DNA of 64,000 nt from positions 160,001 through 224,000 of the forward strand of contig JAKFBS010000004.1 of assembly GCA_036677065.1 (NCBI GenBank), given 5' to 3'. Shown here in pieces: positions 19,771 to 29,446 of this stretch. The DNA comes from Bdellovibrio sp. Its GTDB lineage: Bacteria; Bdellovibrionota; Bdellovibrionia; Bdellovibrionales; Bdellovibrionaceae. Position 1 is the stretch's first letter, and the number at the start of each line of letters is the position of its first letter. The position numbers and the translations under genes were made by a program. The notes beneath the pieces are model-generated. The model made no database searches, was not told the DNA's origin, and saw only the letters and a list, made by a program, of their open reading frames with translations.

Positions 19771-20488
19771 GAAAGTTTTCGTAAGATTAACTATGGGAGC
19801 TCTGCTTGTTGCAGGGCTCTTTTTCGTTGTGCGCTACTTTGATTCTGAAGCTTCGAATGAGCAGCGCGCTTTGAAGCCAAGCCAAGTGGATTTCACGAAG
19901 AGCAATCAGGTTCAAGAAACTTCAGTTTCACCTATTGCCGGTTCAAATTTTGAAGGTGACGATATCATCGAAGCACCAGGCGCCTTAAATCAGCGTGAGC
20001 AAAAGCTATGGATAGCGGTTGAATCTATTTTAAGAACTAAGAATGACAGTGATCCAAGAGTAAATGATCTTAAAGAATTAAGTGCTGATTTTCATAAAGC
20101 GCTTTTTGAAAAATATAATAAATTAAAAATGGAAGACCGTAATGGACGGGGATTCATTGTATTTTTAGTGGCGAAGAATTTAAAATCATCTGAAGATTTA
20201 GATTTTCTGCAAAAGGTTTATCAAGAAGCTCCATGTTTAAGTTTAGAAAATTGTGCTGTGAGTGGAAATGATGATTCACACTCTGCCGGAGTTAATCAGA
20301 CTACTACGATTTACCCGCAACTTGTGGGCTTGTATCAGATCGAAAAACAGTTAGCTGCAAATCCTGAATTACTAAATGACCCCACAATGCGCGCAGGAAT
20401 TTTAGCAACATTGAAACAGGCAGAAGCGTTTCCAGTTCCTGCCATTCATAATTTTGCCGAAAAAATTCGTCAGAAGTTTAAACTTTAA
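19760..20488 (+). CDS. Hypothetical membrane-anchored helical protein
   Basis: N-terminal TM; overlaps the preceding gene. Confidence 0.65.
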   Translation: MQTKKVFVRLTMGALLVAGLFFVVRYFDSEASNEQRALKPSQVDFTKSNQVQETSVSPIAGSNFEGDDIIEAPGALNQREQKLWIAVESILRTKNDSDPRVNDLKELSADFHKALFEKYNKLKMEDRNGRGFIVFLVAKNLKSSEDLDFLQKVYQEAPCLSLENCAVSGNDDSHSAGVNQTTTIYPQLVGLYQIEKQLAANPELLNDPTMRAGILATLKQAEAFPVPAIHNFAEKIRQKFKL

Positions 20489-20489
20489 T

Positions 20490-21416
20490 TTAGTATTGCC
20501 AAGGAAATTTATTAAAGTCGCGATCACGCTTTTGTAAAAAAGCATCGCGGCCTTCGCGAGCTTCTTCAGTGCCGTAAGCTAAACGAGTCGCTTCACCGGC
20601 AAACAATTGCTGACCCACAAGACCATCATCAGGCAAATTAAAACCGTATTTCAACATACGCATCGCTGTCGGAGATTTCGTGTTCATCTCGGCAGCCCAT
20701 TCAAGTGCTACTTTTTCTAAATCTGCGTGCGGGACAACTTCGTTCACCATTCCCATATCGAATGCAGCTTGCGCGTTGTAATTGCGGCCTAAGAAGAAAA
20801 TTTCGCGAGCTTTTTTCTGACCCACTTGACGAGCCAGGTAAGCAGAACCGTAACCAGAATCAAAACTTGCTACATCAGCGTCAGTTTGTTTGAAGATCGC
20901 ATGTTCTTTAGAAGCCATCGTTAAATCACAAACTACGTGTAATGAGTGTCCGCCGCCAACTGCCCAGCCAGGAACTACGGCCATGACGACCTTTGGCATA
21001 AAACGAATCATGCGTTGAACTTCTAAAATATGTAAACGGCCAAGCTTAGCAAGGTCTACTTTATTCATTTCGCCAGTGCCGTTACTATCGTCACCTTCGA
21101 ATTTGTAGCCATCTTTACCGCGAATGCGTTGATCGCCACCAGAGCAGAATGCCCAGCCACCATCTTTTGCTGAAGGACCATTTCCTGTAATTAAAACTAC
21201 TCCCACGTCTGCAGAAATGCGTGCGTGTTCTAATGCGGTTAAAAGTTCATCAACCGTTTTTGGACGAAAGGCATTTCGCACTTCGGGTCTATTAAAGGCA
21301 ACACGAACTGTGCCTTGATTTTTTGCTTTATGGTAAGTGATGTCAGTGAAATCAAATCCAGCAACTTCGGTCCATTGAGTAGGGTCAAAAATATCAGAAA
21401 CTTTTTTAGTGCTCAT
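20490..21416 (-). CDS. menB: 1,4-dihydroxy-2-naphthoyl-CoA synthase
   Basis: NRPEVRNAFRP, FCSGGDQR, GGGHSLHVVCD, SFDSGYGS. Confidence 0.97.
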   Translation of the reverse strand: MSTKKVSDIFDPTQWTEVAGFDFTDITYHKAKNQGTVRVAFNRPEVRNAFRPKTVDELLTALEHARISADVGVVLITGNGPSAKDGGWAFCSGGDQRIRGKDGYKFEGDDSNGTGEMNKVDLAKLGRLHILEVQRMIRFMPKVVMAVVPGWAVGGGHSLHVVCDLTMASKEHAIFKQTDADVASFDSGYGSAYLARQVGQKKAREIFFLGRNYNAQAAFDMGMVNEVVPHADLEKVALEWAAEMNTKSPTAMRMLKYGFNLPDDGLVGQQLFAGEATRLAYGTEEAREGRDAFLQKRDRDFNKFPWQY

Positions 21417-21483
21417 AGCAGATTTTGTAGCATTGACCGAGGCCAGTGTCTAATAGATGATAGCCCTATTCGAGGTAAAAAAT

Positions 21484-22545
21484 ATGGTTCATGATTTAAA
21501 TCCATTTATATTTCGCATCACTGAAACCTTTGGCCCGCGCTGGTATGGTTTTTCTTACCTACTAGGTTTCTTATGTGCTTATTTGATTATCAGATGGCTT
21601 GTTGAAAGACAAAATACCGACTTTACAGCTGAAATGGTTTCTGACTTTGTAACGTATGCCGCTTTCGGAACTCTAATCGGTGGCCGTTTGGGTTACTGTT
21701 TATTCTACGATCAGTCATTACTTTGGAGCTTTAGACCTTCAATTCCTTTTTGGGGAGTGTTGGCAGTTAACGAAGGCGGGATGGCTTCTCACGGTGGTAT
21801 CATCGGGATTATCGTAGCGTGTTTTTTATTTGCCAGAAAACACAATTTAAATCCAGTGTACTTGTTAGATGTGGTTTCAATCGTTGGACCGATCGGCGTT
21901 TTATTTGGCCGTATCGCTAATTTTATTAACGGTGAATTAGTGGGCCGCGTGGCGCCACCAGAATTTCCGTTAGGCGTGCGCTTTCCATCGGATATTTTAA
22001 ATTGGCCACAGTATGAGTATGACCGACTTCCTACATTAACTCCGGTCGTTGAAAAATTGGGAATCAATCCAACTCGCTGGTTAGAAATCGTCAAAGATTC
22101 ACAAGCTTCAAGTACAGCAAAAGATGAATTGTATAACACGCTTTACACAATCATTAATAAAATTCAAAATGGTGATCATGCCTTACGTGATGTGATCGGT
22201 CCGATTTTAGATTACCGTTACCCATCACAATTATTTGCAGCAGCCAGCGAAGGTCTATTTACATTTCTAGTTTTATTTTTCTTAGCTCGTAAATCACGCC
22301 GACCGGGTGTGATTGCCGGAAGTTTTATCGTTTGTTACGCCATCGTGCGTATCGTAAATGAAATGTTTCGTGAGCCAGACATCCAACTTGGCTATCAAGC
22401 TCTTGGACTTACGCGCGGCCAATGGTTAAGCGTGGGCATGTTTGCCTTTGGTGTATTTATGTTATTTTACTGGAGCCGCACGCAAACTCAGGTGATTCAC
22501 GGTTGGATGCGCGGTGAAAACGTAAAACTTGGTTCAAGAAAGTAA
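21484..22545 (+). CDS. lgt: Prolipoprotein diacylglyceryl transferase
   Basis: RWYG, GGRLGY, GGMASHGG, GRIANFINGEL, RYPSQL, EMFREPD. Confidence 0.95.
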   Translation: MVHDLNPFIFRITETFGPRWYGFSYLLGFLCAYLIIRWLVERQNTDFTAEMVSDFVTYAAFGTLIGGRLGYCLFYDQSLLWSFRPSIPFWGVLAVNEGGMASHGGIIGIIVACFLFARKHNLNPVYLLDVVSIVGPIGVLFGRIANFINGELVGRVAPPEFPLGVRFPSDILNWPQYEYDRLPTLTPVVEKLGINPTRWLEIVKDSQASSTAKDELYNTLYTIINKIQNGDHALRDVIGPILDYRYPSQLFAAASEGLFTFLVLFFLARKSRRPGVIAGSFIVCYAIVRIVNEMFREPDIQLGYQALGLTRGQWLSVGMFAFGVFMLFYWSRTQTQVIHGWMRGENVKLGSRK

Positions 22546-22555
22546 GGGATAAAAT

Positions 22556-24145
22556 ATGAAATTGATTGGGCTGTTACTATTTCCTTTATCGGTGTGGGCG
22601 GCTCAAGCGCCATTACAAATCGGGATTATCCAAGAGTGGGATAATATTCATCCGGTTAGTTATCAAACGGCAGCGACTGAATCGATTTTGCAATTCATGT
22701 TTCGCGATGTGGTTTACCGCGATGCCAGTGGTAAGATTTTACCAAACTTGGCAGTAAGTATTCCTAAACTTAAAAATAAACAAGCGACGTGGATTTTTAA
22801 TGACCAAGCTAAATGGTCTGATGGCCAAGCTATCACTTGTGCTGATTGGCACTTGGGTTGGCAAGTAGGTCTTAGTGATAATGTTTCGAAAACTGAAAAA
22901 AACATTTATTCTAAAATCGCTAATATCACTTGGGATGCTAAAACTCCGAAAAAATGTGTTGTGACTTACGCGACAGATGAATGGACATTTGATCGTGATC
23001 TGCCGCCAGTGCTACCAAGTCATTTAGAAAAAACGATTTTTGAAACACAAAATACAAAAGTTGGATCTTACGAACAAAGTTCTAATTACATTAAAAATCC
23101 TACTTTGAAAGGTTTGTACTCAGGGCCTTACCAAGTTGTTGAGTACAAAATCGGAAGCCATATTATTTTTGAAGAAAATCCTTTCTTTTTTGGTAAAAAG
23201 CCAACGATCAAAAAAATTATTCTTAAACACGTATCAAGCACGAGCACTTTAAAAAGTTATTTATTGTCTAAAGAGATCAACGGCATTTCAGCAGTGGGAT
23301 TTCCGCCTGATTTAGCTTTAGATTTTGCTGCAGATAAGTCTTTAAAAGATTTTAACGTGCATTTTAACAACGGGCCGATTTTTCAAGGTTTGTTTTTAAA
23401 TAACGAAGACGAACTTTTAAAAAATCTTTATATTCGAGAAGCTCTTGCTTACGCGATTAATAAAAAAGAATTAACGAAAGCATTCTTAGGCGGAAAATTA
23501 AATCCGGCAGAAACAATCATTTCTGAAAATGATTTAGCCTTTAAACAAAAGCCCACAAGTTACGATCCGAAAAAAGCGGATGCTATTCTAGAAAAAAACG
23601 GCTGGGTGAAAGACGCTTCTGGAATTCGCAAAAAAGACGGTAAGCCTTTAGAAATCGAATTTAAAACTTCTGCAGGAATTAAACTTTACGAAACGTTACA
23701 AGTTTCAATCTGCGACCACTTCAAACGTGTTGGTATTCTTTGTAAAATCAAAAACGAGCCACCGCGTATTTTATTGGGTGATTCAGTGCCTAAAGGAAAT
23801 TTTCAAATCGCTTTATTTGGTAATACGACTTACCCAGATACTTCATTAAAGGGTTTATACCATTCGCAAGATATTCCATCAGATAAAAACGCTTGGGCGG
23901 GTGGTAATATCTTACGATTTAAATCAAAAGACATGGATGCTTTGTTAGAAAAATACGACAAAGAATGGTCGCAAGCCAAGCGTGCAACAATGTTAATTAA
24001 GATCGACGAGATGTTAATTTCACAAAAAGCTGTGATCCCGATTTATCACCGCCGTGAAGCTTTAGTTTTACCTAAAGCCTTATCTGGTGTTGAACAAAGT
24101 GCAACAGGCACTGGAATGGCTAAGCCAGAAAACTGGAAGTTATAA
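22556..24145 (+). CDS. Peptide ABC transporter substrate-binding protein (family 5)
   Basis: Signal peptide, KWSDGQ, GPY, IREALAYAINK. Confidence 0.9.
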   Translation: MKLIGLLLFPLSVWAAQAPLQIGIIQEWDNIHPVSYQTAATESILQFMFRDVVYRDASGKILPNLAVSIPKLKNKQATWIFNDQAKWSDGQAITCADWHLGWQVGLSDNVSKTEKNIYSKIANITWDAKTPKKCVVTYATDEWTFDRDLPPVLPSHLEKTIFETQNTKVGSYEQSSNYIKNPTLKGLYSGPYQVVEYKIGSHIIFEENPFFFGKKPTIKKIILKHVSSTSTLKSYLLSKEINGISAVGFPPDLALDFAADKSLKDFNVHFNNGPIFQGLFLNNEDELLKNLYIREALAYAINKKELTKAFLGGKLNPAETIISENDLAFKQKPTSYDPKKADAILEKNGWVKDASGIRKKDGKPLEIEFKTSAGIKLYETLQVSICDHFKRVGILCKIKNEPPRILLGDSVPKGNFQIALFGNTTYPDTSLKGLYHSQDIPSDKNAWAGGNILRFKSKDMDALLEKYDKEWSQAKRATMLIKIDEMLISQKAVIPIYHRREALVLPKALSGVEQSATGTGMAKPENWKL

Positions 24146-24173
24146 AAAGAGCGGTAGCGCTAGCAGCTCTTTT
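24144..24173. terminator. Bidirectional intrinsic terminator-like hairpin
   Basis: AAAAGAGC…GCTCTTTT immediately after the ABC binding protein stop; U-tract on both strands. Confidence 0.6.
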
Positions 24174-24296
24174 CCTTGTTCTGCTTTCATCGCACAGGAT
24201 TTAGAGTCCCTCGGTCCATAGAGGTGCCACCGTCGTTGGACGATGGTCTTGATTACAAATCAAGATCTAGGAACGAACGTGCAGATGGCTAGATCT

Positions 24297-24407
24297 CTAA
24301 ATACTTCGAATTACAATAATGATCGCTAGGATCATTAAAAATAATCTTAGAATTTCTTTAGAAATACTAAGTAGGCGCCGATACTTAAAGTAGGATGCTT
24401 TTCGCAT
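24297..24407 (-). CDS. 36-aa cationic/hydrophobic peptide MRKASYFKYRRLLSISKEILRLFLMILAIIIVIRSI
   Basis: Perfect SD AAAGGAGGT (24420-24412), 4 nt before ATG; single hydrophobic helix; below the ORF-track size cutoff. Confidence 0.72.
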   Translation of the reverse strand: MRKASYFKYRRLLSISKEILRLFLMILAIIIVIRSI

Positions 24408-24518
24408 GGCGACCTCCTTTCCGGATCTTAGAAGTCCGAAAGCTGGATGTCGGCATCACTGATAGAGCTGCTAGGCTACCGCCTTTGCAGCTTTTCATTT
24501 TTTACGCCAATAAATTTA

Positions 24519-25760
24519 TTAGATTTTTAAACACTCTTCAAAACTAGCGGGTTTTTCTTCGCCTGTTTTGAAGTCTTTGATTTTGTACTCGATAGTTCCA
24601 TCTTCTTGTTCAAACAATAAAACCGCTTTTTCAGTATTAAGCTTATTAGCACGCTCTAATTTCTTTTTGAAATTACCAGTCATAAATACTTCGCAGTATT
24701 TGTTTCTAGCGCGCAGTGAGCTTGCGATTTTTAATCCCGACATTAAAGCCTTATCACCTAAAGTGATAATCGCAACCGGAGTTAGTGCTGGGGTTTGCAG
24801 AGACTGCATTAATTCGCAAAGATCAGCTAGGCGATCAACGCCTGAAGCCCAACCAACACCCGGAGTTTTTTGACCACCCAGTGTTTCTGCTAAACCATCG
24901 TATCTGCCGCCGGCAAGAACCGCACCTTGTGCACCAAGTTCAGTAGTTACAAATTCAAAAACGGTGTGGCAGTAGTAATCAAGTCCACGCACTAATTTTG
25001 GATTGATTTGAAATGGAATTTTTAATTCAGCTAAACCATCTGTAACAGTTTGAAAAAACTTTTTTGAAGTCTCACTTAAAAAAGCATCCATCTTCGGAGC
25101 ACCTGCGACAAGTTTTTTATCGCCTTCATCTTTAGAATCAAGAATGCGCATCGGATTTTTTTCTAAACGCACTTTTGAATCTTCAGAGAGTTGATCTTTT
25201 AATGGTGTTAAGTACTGCACCAAAGCTTCGCGATAAGCTTTACGGTCTTCTTGATCGCCTAGAGTGTTAATCTCTAAGACAACTTTTCCGCCGATACCGA
25301 TATCATTTAAAATTCTCCAGGCTAGATCTAACACTTCGACATCAGCTTGTGGGTTTTCTAAACCTAGCACTTCAACGCCGAATTGGTAAAACTGACGGTA
25401 CCGACCTTTTTGCGGACGTTCGTATCTAAACATCGGGCCGTAGTAGTAAAGTTTGTTTGGATTGTGTTGGGCTAAGCCTTCAGACACATAAGCGCGAACG
25501 ACTCCGGCAGTGCCTTCGGGGCGTAAAGTGATCGATTCGCCGCCGCGGTCGGTGAAAGTGTAGGTTTCTTTGCTGACTGCATCTGAAGTTTCGCCTAAAG
25601 AGCGGTGAAAAACGTCAGAAAATTCAAAAATGGGAGTTTCAATCTCTTTAAAGCCATAATTTTGAGCAGCGCCGTAAGCTTTTGCTTCAATAGCTCTGAA
25701 GGTCTTTTTTAAAGCGGGTAATAAATCTCTCGTGCCGCGCACGCTTTGGTATTTACTCAT
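24519..25760 (-). CDS. hisS: Histidine--tRNA ligase
   Basis: [44 protein letters not shown]. Confidence 0.98.
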   Translation of the reverse strand: MSKYQSVRGTRDLLPALKKTFRAIEAKAYGAAQNYGFKEIETPIFEFSDVFHRSLGETSDAVSKETYTFTDRGGESITLRPEGTAGVVRAYVSEGLAQHNPNKLYYYGPMFRYERPQKGRYRQFYQFGVEVLGLENPQADVEVLDLAWRILNDIGIGGKVVLEINTLGDQEDRKAYREALVQYLTPLKDQLSEDSKVRLEKNPMRILDSKDEGDKKLVAGAPKMDAFLSETSKKFFQTVTDGLAELKIPFQINPKLVRGLDYYCHTVFEFVTTELGAQGAVLAGGRYDGLAETLGGQKTPGVGWASGVDRLADLCELMQSLQTPALTPVAIITLGDKALMSGLKIASSLRARNKYCEVFMTGNFKKKLERANKLNTEKAVLLFEQEDGTIEYKIKDFKTGEEKPASFEECLKI

Positions 25761-25790
25761 AGATGTGATGAGCATATCTTAGTTGGCATT

Positions 25791-26234
25791 ATGATGAAAT
25801 GGATTTTAGCAGGAATTTTTGCATTTTCTTTAGCTGTCGGTGGCGCGTTGTACTTTATGGATCGCGGGGCCGGTGGTTCTGCCACTGAAGTTGACTGGCG
25901 TGCGCTTGATCAAATGGATTATGTGAACAAAAAAGCTCCCCCTGAACTTGAGAAGTTAAATAAAACCCGCGTAAAAATCCCAGGCTTTATGGTTCCGTTA
26001 GAAGATAACCAGCGAGCGGTGACTGAATTCTTATTAGTGCCAAGCCCGCAAGCGTGCATTCATGTGCCAGCGCCTCCACCAAATCAGATGGTGTATGTGA
26101 AAATGAAAAAAGGTGTACCAGCTGCCGATGGCCCGATCTGGGTTTACGGAGACTTTGAAATTACTTTAAAACAATCGCAATACGGTGAAGCGTCTTTTGA
26201 GCTTACCGGCGATTTCATCGAACAATACAAGTAG
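25791..26234 (+). CDS. DUF3299 family protein
   Basis: VKIPGFMVPLE, EFLLVP…ACIHVPAPPPNQMVYV. Confidence 0.88.
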   Translation: MMKWILAGIFAFSLAVGGALYFMDRGAGGSATEVDWRALDQMDYVNKKAPPELEKLNKTRVKIPGFMVPLEDNQRAVTEFLLVPSPQACIHVPAPPPNQMVYVKMKKGVPAADGPIWVYGDFEITLKQSQYGEASFELTGDFIEQYK

Positions 26235-26242
26235 GTCGTAAT

Positions 26243-26902
26243 ATGTCAGCAGTTATCGAAATTAAAGATCTGTCGTTTACCTATGGCGAAAAACCGATTC
26301 TACAGGTACCGCATTTAACTATCGCTAAGAATGAAACAGTTTTTCTGTTTGGTCCGAGCGGCAGCGGAAAAACTACGCTTTTAGAAATTCTAGCGGGTGT
26401 GATCACTGGTCAAAAGGGTGAAGTTGAAATGCTGGGGCAAAAAACTCAAACGATGAGTAGTCATGAGCGTGACCAGTTTCGTTCAAACCACATTGGTTAT
26501 ATCTTTCAGCAATTTAATTTGATTCCTTACTTAACAGTAAAAGAAAATATTTTATTGCCGTTTACCTTCAGTGGTAAAAAATTAAATTCATCATTGTACG
26601 ATAAACTTGTATCTGCCTTAGGTTTAACTGAATATGCCGATCAATTAGCTAGCCAGTTATCAGTCGGTCAGCAGCAGCGTGTAGCTGCAGCCCGTGCGCT
26701 AATTATCGAACCAGAAATTATTTTAGCCGATGAGCCAACATCAGCTTTAGATTACGATCATCGCGAGAATTTTTTAAAAATCTTATTTTCTTTAGTTAAA
26801 GAACAAGGTTCGACTTTGATTTTTGTAAGTCATGATCGCTCGATTCAAAATCTTTTTGATCGTCAGTTAAGTTTATCTGACGTGAATGCAGTGAGATTCT
26901 AG
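26243..26902 (+). CDS. ABC transporter ATP-binding protein
   Basis: GPSGSGKTT, LSVGQQQRVAAARAL, ADEPTSALD. Confidence 0.95.
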   Translation: MSAVIEIKDLSFTYGEKPILQVPHLTIAKNETVFLFGPSGSGKTTLLEILAGVITGQKGEVEMLGQKTQTMSSHERDQFRSNHIGYIFQQFNLIPYLTVKENILLPFTFSGKKLNSSLYDKLVSALGLTEYADQLASQLSVGQQQRVAAARALIIEPEIILADEPTSALDYDHRENFLKILFSLVKEQGSTLIFVSHDRSIQNLFDRQLSLSDVNAVRF

Positions 26903-26903
26903 T

Positions 26904-28253
26904 ATGAATTTATTCAAGTTAGCTTTTAAATCAATTCGTCATAGATCTTTTGCAACTACAGCTACCCTATTTTCAGTGGTGTTAAGTTTATTATTACTTT
27001 TCACTGTAGAACGCGTGCGTAGGTCTGTTGAAGATAGCTTTACCCAAACTGTTTCTGGTGTGGATTTGTTAGTCGGTGCCAGAACTGGATCGTTGCAGTT
27101 AGTGCTATTTTCAGTATTTAACATCGGCCAAGTTACAAATAATGTTTCTTACGATAGTTACGATAAAATTCATCATCATCCCGATGTGGAATGGACTATT
27201 CCGATTAGTTTAGGTGATGGTCACAAAGGTTACCGTGTTGTTGGAACAACGACAGAATTTTTTGAACACTATCAAGTTAGATCTAGCGAACATTTAAAAA
27301 TTGTTAACGGGTCACTTTTTACTGAAGCCAATGAAGTTGTCTTGGGTGCCGAAGTTGCCGAAGTTTTAAAATACAAATTAGGCGATAAAATCATCGTAGC
27401 TCACGGCAGTACATCCGGCGAATCTTTTGAAGAGCATGCGGATCAGCCATTAACTGTGGTTGGTATTTTAGGCGCAACGGGTACAGCGGTAGATCGTTCG
27501 CTTTACATCACGCTAGCGGCGATGGATCACATGCATGACGAACATGAAGAGGGTGAAACTCCTGAAGAGCATGCTCGGCACGAAGGTGCCAAACACGAAA
27601 AAGAAGAAGATCATGCGGGCCATGAGCATCATAAACATCATGATGAAAAAGAACACGAAGGCGAAGAACATGATCACGAAGCTCACGATCACGAGCATCA
27701 TCCTGAACAAATCACTTCGTTTTTCGTAAAATTAAAAAGCAAAACTAAAATTTTAGCGATGCAGCGTGAAATTACTGACAATAAAGGTGAAGCCTTATTA
27801 GCCGTTATTCCAGCGTCAGTATTAAGTGATCTTTGGAAGAGTCTTTCACAAATTGAATTTGTTTTAAAACTTATTTCAGCTCTAGTTATGGTGGTTGGCC
27901 TTATCGGCATGGTCATCGCGTTAATGACTAGTTTAAACGAGCGTCGTCGCGAAATGGCGATTTTACGTTCGTTAGGTGCTGGATTTTCGCATTTAGCAAA
28001 ATTAGTGCTTTTAGAAGTACTTTTAATTTTAGGTTTAGCCGTCATTACGAGTGCTGTGTTAAAAGTTTTATTAGAAATCGCATTGACTGATTATGTGGCG
28101 AAAAAATTTGGATTATTCTTAACTGGTTCATATTTTTCAGCGATGGATGTATCAATGATGGTTGCTACGGTCGTTATTGGGCTAGTGTTTGCGCTGGGCC
28201 CCATTGTGATCTTTAAAAATAAATCATTAAAAGATGGTCTTGCAGTTAAATAA
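26904..28253 (+). CDS. MacB/FtsX-type ABC permease with His/Glu-rich periplasmic insert
   Basis: DLLVGAR…LQLVL, PISLGD, ERRREMAILRSLGA. Confidence 0.9.
   Translation: MNLFKLAFKSIRHRSFATTATLFSVVLSLLLLFTVERVRRSVEDSFTQTVSGVDLLVGARTGSLQLVLFSVFNIGQVTNNVSYDSYDKIHHHPDVEWTIPISLGDGHKGYRVVGTTTEFFEHYQVRSSEHLKIVNGSLFTEANEVVLGAEVAEVLKYKLGDKIIVAHGSTSGESFEEHADQPLTVVGILGATGTAVDRSLYITLAAMDHMHDEHEEGETPEEHARHEGAKHEKEEDHAGHEHHKHHDEKEHEGEEHDHEAHDHEHHPEQITSFFVKLKSKTKILAMQREITDNKGEALLAVIPASVLSDLWKSLSQIEFVLKLISALVMVVGLIGMVIALMTSLNERRREMAILRSLGAGFSHLAKLVLLEVLLILGLAVITSAVLKVLLEIALTDYVAKKFGLFLTGSYFSAMDVSMMVATVVIGLVFALGPIVIFKNKSLKDGLAVK
27527..27702 (+). repeat. His/Glu-rich low-complexity coding tract
   Basis: HMHDEHEEG…HDHEAHDHEHH. 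Confidence 0.85.
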
Positions 28254-28254
28254 T

Positions 28255-28731
28255 ATGGATTTTTCGAAAAACTATATTACACCGCAAGGCTTTGCGAAAT
28301 TAAAAGCCGAATACCACGAGTTGATCGCCGTCGAGCGCCCCAAGGTGGTCGAAGTCGTCACTTGGGCTGCCAGTAATGGTGATCGCTCAGAAAATGCCGA
28401 TTACCAGTACGGCAAACGTCGTTTGCGCCAGATTGATGGGCGACTTCATTTTTTACAAAAACGTATGGAGTCTGCCGAAGTGATTGATCCTAAATCGCTT
28501 AAATCAGATAAAGTCATTTTTGGCGCAAAGATCACCATTGAAAATGAAGACGGGGATCAGCACACCTATCAAATCGTTGGTGAAGACGAAATTGATATTA
28601 AATTAAATAAAATCTCATGGAAATCGCCAGTCGCCAAAGCCTTATTGGGTAAAAAGCTGGATGATGAAGTCAAAATTCAAAAGCCAGCGGGCGATGAACT
28701 AGTTGTCATTACAGATATCGTCTTTGAATAA
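28255..28731 (+). CDS. greB: Transcription elongation factor GreB
   Basis: NYITPQG, WAASNGDRSENADYQYGKRRLR, ISWKSP. Confidence 0.96.
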   Translation: MDFSKNYITPQGFAKLKAEYHELIAVERPKVVEVVTWAASNGDRSENADYQYGKRRLRQIDGRLHFLQKRMESAEVIDPKSLKSDKVIFGAKITIENEDGDQHTYQIVGEDEIDIKLNKISWKSPVAKALLGKKLDDEVKIQKPAGDELVVITDIVFE

Positions 28732-28780
28732 CACACCGCTATTTAATTGAGTCCGGCCAGTTACGGGTTAGCATTAATAC

Positions 28781-29446
28781 ATGCGTAACCGTTTAGTCTT
28801 ATATTTTGCCGGATTCATTGTAGCCATCATGTGCTTTCTGGTGTTCGACTATACAGCTCGCCGCGATTATTTAGTTAAAACAAGCCAGCCGCGCCAAATT
28901 GCAACAGCTGAAGCTATCGTCGTTGAAGATAATGCAGATTCAGCAAATGGCATTGCTGCGCGCACAAGATTTTTAACACGCTTTAAGAACTTTGCAATTC
29001 GTATGAACTCTCTTTCTGATGATCCCGAACAGAGTGAAGAATTTTTACGAGATTTTTCACAAACGATTAAACCCGAAGACATTATAGCTTTAAGCAGTGT
29101 TTTGAATGATCGCAAAATAAGAAATGACGAAAGAACATTGGCCTTAGAACTCATGGTGATGAACCAAGATTTCGCCAGTCATAATTTAATTAATAATTTT
29201 GTGCAAAACGAAAGTTTTACGACAAGAGATCATCAAGAATTTGAAATTTCTCTTCGCGCACAGGCGATCGAAGGTTTAACTTTGTTTGCCGATAAAAAAT
29301 TAGTGCGTAAAAATTTAGAAAACTTAAGAATTCGCACGCGCCATGCGTTCTTGCATGATCGTGCCGGTAAAGCGATTCAATATTTGTCGAACACACACTT
29401 AAATGCCCCAATCGAGAATGCCGATGCTGAAGCTTCGTCGCCATAA
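28781..29446 (+). CDS. Hypothetical membrane-anchored helical protein
   Basis: N-terminal TM, 221-aa ORF. Confidence 0.65.
   Translation: MRNRLVLYFAGFIVAIMCFLVFDYTARRDYLVKTSQPRQIATAEAIVVEDNADSANGIAARTRFLTRFKNFAIRMNSLSDDPEQSEEFLRDFSQTIKPEDIIALSSVLNDRKIRNDERTLALELMVMNQDFASHNLINNFVQNESFTTRDHQEFEISLRAQAIEGLTLFADKKLVRKNLENLRIRTRHAFLHDRAGKAIQYLSNTHLNAPIENADAEASSP

Larger units (their letters stand above)
24144..24482 (-). other. Structured transcript candidate (type I toxin-like mRNA)
   Basis: GCGGTAGCCTAGCAGCTCT (24482-24464) complementary to AGAGCTGCTAG(C)GCTACCGC (24170-24151); several internal hairpins. Confidence 0.65.

Noticed and set aside
24144..24482. RNase P RNA, tmRNA or 6S RNA as the identity of the structured element
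   Set aside because: No GAGGAAAGUCC RNase P signature, no GGGG…CCACCA tRNA-like ends, and too long and branched for a typical 6S; it contains an SD-led ORF
24151..24482. MITE with terminal inverted repeats
   Set aside because: No target-site duplication seen, no second copy or transposase in the window; cannot be fully excluded without a genome-wide search
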